Part shown: one piece after another, positions 26,260-35,800 of the stretch
Numbering within the stretch: position 1 is the stretch's first letter
How the letters are laid out: each line of letters starts with the position of its first letter
DNA from: Bacteroidota bacterium
Lineage (GTDB): Bacteria > Bacteroidota > Ignavibacteria > Kapaibacteriales > UBA2268
NCBI GenBank assembly: GCA_024278075.1
Contig: JAJRTW010000098.1
Location: forward strand, 1-58,002
Direction of reading: 5' to 3'
DNA: 58,002 bases
Notes under the pieces: generated by a model
Told to the model about the DNA's origin: nothing
What the model saw: only the letters and a program-made list of their open reading frames with translations
The model's database searches: none
Made by a program: the position numbers and the translations under genes

Positions 26260-28416
26260 ATGAGAATTCACGAAACATACGCGAAGAAACCGGCGAAATT
26301 ATTTAGTGATAAAAAGAATAGCGATAAAGAATCAGAAAAAGTTATAATGCAGGCAGGGGATACCGAGGTAGCGGTTGAATTGTCCGGCAGATTTGATTTT
26401 AATGGGTTCGACAAAAATACAATAATCGAGTGGTATGAATTAATGCACCTGGGGCGGCTCCTCGATGAAAAAGCGGCCCTGTATCTTAAAATGGCTAAGG
26501 GTTGGTCGTATCATGCTTCGTGCGCCGGCCACGAGGGAATTCAATTAGCCCTGGGAATGATTTTCCGCCGGGGCAAGGACTATCTTTTCCCTTATTACCG
26601 CGATTTGATGACATCTCTGGCAGCCGGAATCTCGCCCGAGGAAATAATTCTTAACGGCCTTAGCAAAGAAACCGATGTTGCCGGCGGCGGCAGGCACATG
26701 AGCAACCATTTCGCCAAGCCGTCGATCAATATACAGAACGTTTCCTCGTGCACCGGCAACCATGCGCAACACGCAACGGGCCTTGGACGTGCCGTGAGGA
26801 AATATGACGGCGACGAGATAGTGTATTACTCCTCCGGCGAATCGGCTTGCTCGGAAGGATACTTCTTCGAGGCATTGAATGCGGCGTCTAATGAGAATTT
26901 GCCTGTTGTTTTTGTTATTCAGAACAATAAGTACGGCATTTCGGTGCCGCTGGATGAAGTGACAGCTAATATTGATGTTTCGGAGAATTACAGAGGGTTG
27001 AAAAACTTAAACATAGTGAACTGTGACGGCCGCGACCCATTTGATTCGTACAGGGCTATGGAAACAGCAAAGCTCAATGCCGCCTCTGGGTTTGGCCCTT
27101 CGTTGGTTCATGCCGAATGCGACAGGATTCATTCGCACTCGAATTCAGACCGCCAGGAAATCTACCGCAGCGCCCGGGAACTCGAGGAAGTCAAAGCGCG
27201 CGACCCGCTGATGCAGTTCAGATATAATATCCTAATAAATAATATACTTAGCGAAAAAGAGATAATTGAAGTCGAATCAATAAACAAGAAGATAATGTTT
27301 GCCGCAGCCGACAAAGCCGAAGCCGCTCCCGAAGCCAATGGGAAAAGCTATGAGGAATTTGTTATTCCAAAGGCTTATGCACGGGAAGTTATCGGGGGCC
27401 AATCAACAGAACGGTCAATCAGCGGAGGCAGTGAGCTAAGTTATTTGCAGGCAATCAACCAAACTCTGGACAGCGAATTTGAGAATAATGAGAATTTATT
27501 TTTATGGGGCCAGGATATAGGCAAAGGTGGAATATTTAATGTAGTAAAAGGCCTGCCCGAGAAATACGGCAAGAGAAGGATATTCAATTCTCCGGTGGCT
27601 GAGAACAGCATAGTAGGCACTGCGAACGGTTTCAGCCGCTATCGGGATGATATTCGAGTGGTTGTAGAGGGTGCTGAGTTTGCGGATTATTTCTGGCCTG
27701 CAATGGAACAATTGGTCGAGCTGTCGCATGAATACTGGAGAACCAAGGGGCAGTACTCGCCGAATATTACTATTCGGCTGGCAAGTGGCGGCTATATACA
27801 GGGGGGGCTGTATCACTCCCAGAATATAGAAGCCACTTTGGCAACATTGCCCGGAATCCGGGTTGTTATGCCTGCATTTGCCGACGACGCTGCGGGACTG
27901 TTGCGCAACTCCATACGTTCCAATGGGGTGACCGTATTCTTAGAGCCAAAATATTTGTACAACTACAAGCCGGCTTATGCACCGGGAAAAAGCTCTGAGT
28001 ATGCAATTCCGTTTGGCAAGGCAAATGTAAGGCGCCCTGGCACAGACGTGACGATTGTGGCCTATGGCACGGCAGTACATTTGAGCCTGCTTGCGGCAGA
28101 GCAGCTGGCCGAAGCGGGCATATCCTGCGAAGTTATTGACCTGCGGTCACTTATTCCGTGGGACAAGGAAGCAGTATATAACTCCGTTAAGAGAACCAAC
28201 AGGGTGATAATCGCCCATGAAGACAAAACAACAGGCGGCTTCGGCGGCGAAATATCCTCTTCAATTACCCAAAATATCTTTTCGCATTTAGACTCTCCCA
28301 TAATACGAGTTGGGTCGAAAAACACACCGGTCGGATTTGCAAAAGCTTATGAAAGTGAAATCCTTCTTTCAGTTGCAGATATAAAAGCCGCCGTCGGCAC
28401 AGTTCTGAAATATTAA
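26260..28416 (+). CDS. Fused E1 alpha/beta thiamine-diphosphate-dependent 2-oxoacid (branched-chain-type) dehydrogenase component
   Basis: 718-aa ORF. The alpha part has the ThDP motif SGESACSEGYFFEALNAAS...LPVVFVIQNNKYGIS (BCKDH-like GEGAxSEG). The beta part has RIFNSPVAENSIVGTANG and C-terminal transketolase-like domain motifs. Confidence 0.9.
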   Translation: MRIHETYAKKPAKLFSDKKNSDKESEKVIMQAGDTEVAVELSGRFDFNGFDKNTIIEWYELMHLGRLLDEKAALYLKMAKGWSYHASCAGHEGIQLALGMIFRRGKDYLFPYYRDLMTSLAAGISPEEIILNGLSKETDVAGGGRHMSNHFAKPSINIQNVSSCTGNHAQHATGLGRAVRKYDGDEIVYYSSGESACSEGYFFEALNAASNENLPVVFVIQNNKYGISVPLDEVTANIDVSENYRGLKNLNIVNCDGRDPFDSYRAMETAKLNAASGFGPSLVHAECDRIHSHSNSDRQEIYRSARELEEVKARDPLMQFRYNILINNILSEKEIIEVESINKKIMFAAADKAEAAPEANGKSYEEFVIPKAYAREVIGGQSTERSISGGSELSYLQAINQTLDSEFENNENLFLWGQDIGKGGIFNVVKGLPEKYGKRRIFNSPVAENSIVGTANGFSRYRDDIRVVVEGAEFADYFWPAMEQLVELSHEYWRTKGQYSPNITIRLASGGYIQGGLYHSQNIEATLATLPGIRVVMPAFADDAAGLLRNSIRSNGVTVFLEPKYLYNYKPAYAPGKSSEYAIPFGKANVRRPGTDVTIVAYGTAVHLSLLAAEQLAEAGISCEVIDLRSLIPWDKEAVYNSVKRTNRVIIAHEDKTTGGFGGEISSSITQNIFSHLDSPIIRVGSKNTPVGFAKAYESEILLSVADIKAAVGTVLKY

Positions 28417-28576
28417 AATCTGTGCAACAAAAGTGTGTAATAAACCTGACACTGTCAACTTAACCACACAAGGAAATTACCATCATTATATACATTATAA
28501 ATAAGTCCTGAATTTTCTAATTGGAAATTCGGGATTACTGTTTTATATTTGTAAGCTAATAGAGCTATGAATTTCT

Positions 28577-28650
28577 GCGCCCGTAGCTCAATTGGATAGA
28601 GTGTTGGATTCCGGTTCCAAAGGTTGGGGGTTCGATTCCCTTCGGGCGTG
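28577..28650 (+). tRNA. tRNA-Arg (anticodon CCG)
   Basis: Manual cloverleaf: GCGCCCG-TA-GCTC-AATTGGATA-GAGT-G-TTGGA-TTCCGGT-TCCAA-AGGTT-GGGGG-TTCGATT-CCCTT-CGGGCGT-G. The 5' half is nearly identical to the E. coli tRNA-Arg(CCG) sequence as I recall it. CCA is not encoded. Confidence 0.9.
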
Positions 28651-28694
28651 CTAAATATATGTTTTATAATGTAGTTAAGAAATTGTAGGAAAAT

Positions 28695-29429
28695 ATGAAC
28701 AAAAAGGACAATAGAAAAAAAGATTACACCGACGATGATTATGGCAAAGACATTAGCGCCGGCGGGCAAGAATTTGATGAGGAATCAATAAATATTGCAA
28801 AAAAATACGGCAGGATTGCTTTAATTTCACTTTTAATTATAGTGCCTGTTATTGCAATATATTTTTATTGGAAGAATACCGAGCACGACAAAACGGCACA
28901 GGCCTCGGCAGCATTGTCGAGGATCGTTGACAAATACAATTCAAGTGATTATTCGGCAGCGATTTACGGCGATTCCGTATCCCAGATAAGGGGCGAGGAC
29001 GTAATAGGCTTAATAGCAATAAGCAAGGAATTCGGAGGCACGGCCCCCGGGAAACTTGCAGCGATTTATGCGGGGAATTCGTATTTGTCTATCGATAAGC
29101 CCGATGAGGCGATAAACTATTTTGAGATAGCGCTTAAGGCAAATTCCAATATAGTATTGGTCGGTGCAAATTCCGGCTATGCCACATGTATGGAGCAATC
29201 CGGGGATTTCACAGCCGCCGCCGAGCATTATGGCACAGCCGCTAACCTTACAAGCCAGAAGAATTTGAAAGCAAGATACCAGTTCTATGCAGCCCTTAAT
29301 TATGAAAAAGCCGGGAATAAGGATAAAGCCGCTGAGATTTATAATACTATAATCAATTCAAATGATTATTCCGAATACCTGAGCTTTGCAAAATTAGCAG
29401 TTTTACGTGTTGGCACGGAAATTGAGTAG
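28695..29429 (+). CDS. Membrane-anchored TPR-like protein (YfgM-like architecture)
   Basis: 244-aa ORF. Charged N-terminus, one TM (IALISLLIIVPVIAIYFYW), then an Ala/Tyr-rich helical repeat region (YAGNSYLSIDKPDEAINYFEIALK, FYAALNYEKAGNKDKAAEIYNTI). Confidence 0.55.
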   Translation: MNKKDNRKKDYTDDDYGKDISAGGQEFDEESINIAKKYGRIALISLLIIVPVIAIYFYWKNTEHDKTAQASAALSRIVDKYNSSDYSAAIYGDSVSQIRGEDVIGLIAISKEFGGTAPGKLAAIYAGNSYLSIDKPDEAINYFEIALKANSNIVLVGANSGYATCMEQSGDFTAAAEHYGTAANLTSQKNLKARYQFYAALNYEKAGNKDKAAEIYNTIINSNDYSEYLSFAKLAVLRVGTEIE

Positions 29430-29488
29430 TTTTATTGGCTGATATAGCTTTATTATGGGTTAAGTTTGATATTAGATAGAATTAGAAT

Positions 29489-29753
29489 AATTAAGTAGAA
29501 TTACAATAAATTAATAAGTAGAATAATTAAGTAGAATTACAATAAATTAATAAGTAGAATAATTAAGTAGAATTACAATAAATTAATAAGTAGAATAATT
29601 AAGTAGAATTACAATAAATTAATAATTAGAATAATTAAGTAGAATTACAATAAATTAATAAGTAGAATAATTAAGTAGAATTACAATAAATTAATAAGTA
29701 GAATAATTAAGTAGAATTACAATAAATTAATAAGTAGAATAATTAAGTAGAAT
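29489..29753. repeat. Tandem array of a 36-bp AT-rich unit, 7 full copies plus a partial one, 50 bp upstream of the 2646-aa gene
   Basis: AATTAAGTAGAATTACAATAAATTAATAAGTAGAAT starts at 29489, 29525, 29561, 29597, 29633, 29669, 29705 and 29741 (partial). One G-to-T variant lies in the copy starting at 29597 (AATTAGAAT). Each unit holds two AAGTAGAAT half-sites. Degenerate copies lie upstream (29465-29488). Confidence 0.95.
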
Positions 29754-29802
29754 AATAATAGATAATTTTTTTAAATAAAAGTATTTCATTTTTGGAGGTA
29801 TT

Positions 29803-32800
29803 ATGCAACGATTGTTTCGTTTAAGTTTATTTGTGGTACTAATGGCGGTCATCGCAATTTGCGATGTATCTGCACAATTGCCACAAGCCTTTATTTCAGG
29901 GCGTGTTGCACCAGGTGCAGTCAGGATCTTGCAAAAAGATACGGTCTATATTATCAATAATGATTACGTTATTGGTGGAACATTGATCATCGAGCCCGGA
30001 ACCGATATTTACTTCTACGATAACGGTAGATTAATCGACTCGGTTGGCGGCAGGATAATTGCCGATGGCGATGCCTATGCTAATTATACGGCTAATCCCG
30101 ATGGCATCAACCCAATTGCTACTCCCGGTTCGCCAGCGAATCCGAATGGGTTCTCGGGCTATGCAGACCTGGATTATTTTCTTTATTCCGGCGGGCAGAG
30201 CACAGTTACCGCAGGTACGACCCGCGATTTGACGGTCCACCCGGATAAATACGATTATCTCTTCAATGTAAAGATTCAAAAATCCACAAGAAGAATAGTC
30301 GACCTTCAGTATCCGGGTACAATCGGACTTCCGATGAATCCGGATGAAGTAACTATTCCGTTCGAGCAGGCTGTTATGTTCCAGGCCGCACGCCTGCAGA
30401 ACGACCCTGCTAATGATATTAACCTTAATATCAGGCCATGGCAAAGAATTGGCGGGGAAGATGTAGACCTCGAGAGCCAGACTATTCGCTTTTACGGGCA
30501 ATCGGTGAATCCGATTTCACGCGAATGGGGACATATCATTATATTGCCTGGCGCAAGAGCAGCTTTCTTCAGAAATTGCTTGTTTGATAATTTCCGCAAG
30601 GATGTTACCGTTGACCGTTTCCCGATTTATGATGAAAATGCTCCTGGTGCGGATTGGTCTGCAATCAATACGAGAATGCTTATGCTGACAAATGGTGCCG
30701 GCGGTGCTATTTCCACATTCTCTTCCAGGACATGGTTGCTGGATTGTGAATTTACAAATAATATGGCACGCCATCGCGGTGGTGCCCTTCAATTATTGCA
30801 GACTCCGATGGGATTCCCGAAAGTTGATATAAGCAGCCTCGGTTATTATCCATCCAACAAAAACCCAAATATTACGAATAGTGATGGCAGTACATCATCT
30901 ATTATAACCGGCAACCCTATTCCGTTTATCGACAATATCGACGGCTCGGGAATTACGGAGCCATTGTCGGATTACGACCGCCAGGCTTATGATGATGGCC
31001 GCCTGGCATCATATTTGGGGCGTATGAGAAACCTTAGATTTACGAATAACTATACGCAAATCGCTAATATTATGTTCAAACAAATCGGTCCGATTAGAGT
31101 TGTGACCGATGATACGGACAATCCTGCGGATTTCCCACTTGAATACGGAGACGGTGCCTATGGCGGTGCTATCTATATTTCAGGTGCCGAAGGCGATGAA
31201 GACAGATCCATTGAAATAGGACTTGGTGTTAATCATTCATTATTAATCAATGGTTCTATTGTTAACTTCCCTGACTTTGATACGTTCGAGGCAGCGGGGA
31301 ACAAGGCCAATAATTATCAAAGTGCAATGAGCACACCGGGTGCGCGTGGCGGTGCTATTTATGTTGGCAGATATACTTCATTAATAGTAGCCGGCAGTTT
31401 TAATTCGAATGAGACTTATACAAAGTTTTTGCAGGATGACCAGACCGGTTCCAATAGCGGATATTACTCGATGGGCGGCGGAATCTATGCCGAAAACACA
31501 TTAGGCCGTTTGCAGGTAAGGGGCGGCCCAAGCAGAGAAAATTATAACAACGAAACAGAATTTATTGGCAACAAAGCCGGCGCCGGCGGTGCTATATTTG
31601 TTGATGGCAATACGGACCCATCTCCATCGCCAATTATTGGCGGCTCGGATGCCACGGTTCAGATTCGTAACTATGGTTATGGAATTTTATTCCAGGACAA
31701 CGAAGCCGCATCTTTTGGCGGTGCTCTTTACTCGAAAAGGCAGTTCACAATTAACGGCGCCGGTGGCGTAGAAGCCGGACAGTTGATGGGATATGGCGGT
31801 AAATACCCCGTTAGATTCCTTGGCAATATGGCTGGCTACAGCGGTGGAGCCATTACTGTTAACCTGCCGAACGGGAATTCTATCCCGGCTATCCAAAGAT
31901 CATTGCAAATTGTGCGTGCATCATTCCGCGACAATGTGGTCGGGCTTGATATTGCAGATTTAAACAAACCCGAAATAAGGGGTGGTGGCGCAATTTACAC
32001 ATTGAACGGTGATCTTGCTGTTGTAAAAGGTGTTGAGTTTATTGATAACACCGTATATAATGGTAACGGTGGAGCAGTTGCTATGGTTCATCCGGAATCA
32101 TCAGCCGAACGTTTCTTCTTGTCGGACCTTGACGTTGTTGTCAATGATCCCGCTACAGGAGTACCAACCGGGTTTGTTTCAACCGATGGCCCGTTTACTT
32201 ATGATGAAAACGTTACATATCCTGCCGATACCAGAATGCTAACAAGATTTATTGGCAACGAAATTATCGTTGACCAGGATATACTTGATTCGCAAAGCGG
32301 AACTGGCACTACTCAGCAGGGCCAGGGTACATTCAGAACTTCAGCATTGCTTCACGGTACATCGTGGCTGAACAATGATGTTGGCTTTGCCGTTGGTTAC
32401 GACGGTACGATTATTAAATTCACACAGGGCGGCAGCCGTTGGGAATATCAGACTTCCGGCACACGTTACAGATTGACAAGTGTGGAATTTGTAAGTAATG
32501 ATATTGGATTTGTTGGCGGCGACAGAGGCATTATTCTTAAAACTACCGATGGCGGCAGAAACTGGAATATGATGAATACGCCAACAGTAAACCAAGTGAA
32601 CGACATAGTATTTATCGGAACCAATCTTGGTTTTGCCGCATGTGACAACGGCACAATCCTTATGACATCAGACGCTGGTAATACATGGACAGGCACACAG
32701 CCCGAATCCGGCGACCTGCATGGTGTTTTCTTTGTTAATTCAACAACCGGCTTCGCAGTTGGCGAAAGAGGTTTGATTATCAAGACAACCGATGGCGGTG

Positions 32801-35800
32801 CTAATTGGTCGGTTCAATTTGTTCCCGGCCTGAACACAGGCCTTAACCATGTTAACTTTATCAGTGCCGATATAGGCTTTATCGCTGGTAATGGCGGCGT
32901 GTTTGTTAAAACAGTAGACGGCGGCGACAACTGGGAAGTAATTGACGCCGGTGTTAATTATGACTTGCAGTCATCTTACTTTACAAATCAAAGTATCGGC
33001 TACGTGGTTGGTAATTTTGGTGTTGCATTGAAAACCGAAGATGGCGGCGACACATGGACAGCATTGGACCCGAATTCCAATTACAGCTTTTACGATGTAT
33101 TTTTCCCATCAACTAACAATGGGTTTATGGTTGGTGATTGGGGAACAATGCTTGGCACAACTGATGCCGGAGCAACATGGTCGGAAGTGAAGCCGGGCGA
33201 CGAAAGCCTGGTGGATGTAGTTAGATATCATCAGGAAATGAGATTGCCCGAAAATGGCGTCGGCCTGGGTGGTGCTATATATATATTAGATAGTGTTACG
33301 GTGAACAGAGTAAACCGTGTGGATTCCGTTAGGTTTAACCGCGTTAGAATCCAGGATAACCGAGCTTTCACCGGTGCTGCAATTTATTCAGACAACTTTG
33401 ACCTTAAGTTGATTTTTAATAAATCATTGATTACAAACAATGTGGCGTGGTCGACAATTGGCGAAGAACAGAATGCAATCGGAGGGCCGGTGCGATATGA
33501 TTCCAGTGGGAATATATCACATAACTATGCATCGTCAGACCTTGCCGGCGCAATTATTTATGGTGAGATTCAAGGCCCGTTGCCATCCCACTTATTCTCA
33601 GTTGCAGCCAATTCAATATATGACAATGAGGCCAGGTTCCTGATTAGGCTGCCGGACGCACCAAACACTAAAGGTGTGCTTGCCGGCCAGCTTGGCATCG
33701 GATTTGGCGGTACTGATACATTACGCGGTAATTACTGGGGACGAACAGAAGCTAATGTTAACCTTCTTGTTGAAAATGTTCCGGGCCGCTTGAATGTTAT
33801 TAACGAAACATTCTTCCTTGCCGGCGATGGAGAATCGCACCTGACTTATGAATACAATCCGGCTGACCCAACTCAGCAGGGGCCGTTTGAATTCAATGCA
33901 GGCTATGCTTATAATCCGGTTCCATTATTAAATGATGCCGATGAAAACACAGCCGATCCGCTAAGTATACCTGAGAAACTGTTGATGTCAGGTAATATAT
34001 ATGATATGTATGACAAGGGAACAGATATAAAAACAGCAGATTATTCAAAACGCAGAATGACTCCGATCGAAGATTTCTCAGTTGGCATTCCGCCTATGCT
34101 GAGAAGATTTGATGATATGGACTTCCCGTCGAATGGCAAATATGTCAGACGTTGGGTAAGAGATCCTTTCAGTGTTGAAGCAACTGACGATAGTGGCGCA
34201 CTGTTATATCCATTCATGACAGATCTGCAGGATGAATACAGAAAGAACGAAGATGGCGATTTTTATCATCCTATAGGATATCCGCTATATCTTGAAACAC
34301 ATGCCGATTACGACGGCTTGGTGGAAAGAAGCAACCACGATCAAGTTGCTTTGAACGAATCTGTATTCTTTATTATTAATGAAACAACAAGCGATTATAT
34401 AAGAGTAAACCTAAGGCAGTTCGACGAAAATGCTCCGAACAGAGAAATATTCAGAGTTAGGGCCGAATTAGTGCCGGATTCATCGCAAAGGAATCCGAAC
34501 ACTACATTCCGCCGTACAACCGAAGGACTGTTAAACCTCGGTTCGGGTTCGAACCTTCTTGGCAAACTTGCCGATGATGCTATGACAGAAGACCAAGCAA
34601 CATTGCAGGGACGCAAATACGAAGCATCTTCTTCGTCATTTGCCACAGTTCCACAATTATTCTCGAATAGGGAATTCCCAACCGGGAATAACAATATGGC
34701 AACATTCTTTGCCGGCGAGCGGTTCCGCGCACTGCCGGTCAATGTTGGAGATAATGTGAGAATTATTTCTCGTACTGTTCTATGGAGTGAAGGCGTTGTG
34801 CCTGCTTATGACGACGGCATATCATTCAGGGTTGTCGAATCAACCGAACCCCCTGTATTTACCGGAAATATTGTTTCGCTGTCAAGTGATGTCGATACTG
34901 TTTATGTTCCTTCGCAATATCCGTGGAAGAGAGAATTGGGACTGCTTGATACTATTATCAAAACAGAATTCCTAAACAGAATATGGGTTACCGAAGACAG
35001 GCGATATCCCGTGGCACCGGGTGTATACAGTGTTAGCCTGGGTGATGAGGCCGGACGTGACTCTATCCTTACGGTAACTGCTATTGACTCTAATAGTTTC
35101 TACGATCCGAGAGCAATATTGACTCCGGATGATTATGCTAAATTAACTTATACATGGAGAGTAGCGCCAAGCTCAGGCTTGAGATGGTGGCTGCAGGCAG
35201 ACCAGGTTAAAGCAGGGTCTACCCAATGGCAGAACCCTCGTGACGACGCCGAAGGTTACTTGATGTTCCGCGGTATACCAACGAATCCTTATGTTGTTCC
35301 GGGCGGCGAGATTGTGGAAGTTGGCGTTAGCAACTATCCTCCGCATTGGAGAACAGTTGATATTCTCAGGGACGCAAACGTTGACCAAGATGATATAGAT
35401 CAATTAGTTGAGATATTCCCATCATATTTCAATGCCGAAACCTATGATAATGAAGATGCAAGATATGTCCAGCAGGATACTATCGACTTCGGTTCGAACT
35501 TTACTAAAGAATATCAGTTTGAATTATTCGTTGTTGACGATCTTCCGAGAATACTTGAAGACGGCGACGAAGAAGTGGTTTCCCGCTATGATAGCGATGG
35601 CAATCCAATTGGCACAGTTGTTGAATACGTTCCTTCGATATACAAATGCGATAGAACAGATGACGGCAGATTGATTGCTAACCTTACGGACAAACTTCGC
35701 TTCCAAATGGATTTGAATACCGATGACGAACTGGAAGATGAGGCGGCGGAAAACAATTGGGACTTCCGTTTCGGAAGGACGTCCTACGGCTTCCAGAATG

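Noticed and set aside
28455-28769. 104-aa minus-strand ORF
   Set aside because: It is antisense to, and fully spans, the tRNA-Arg gene, and it overlaps the start of the TPR protein gene.
29489-29753. CRISPR array, suggested by regular 36-bp repeats
   Set aside because: The repeats are directly contiguous with no unique spacers, are extremely AT-rich, and no cas genes are nearby. It is a plain tandem repeat.
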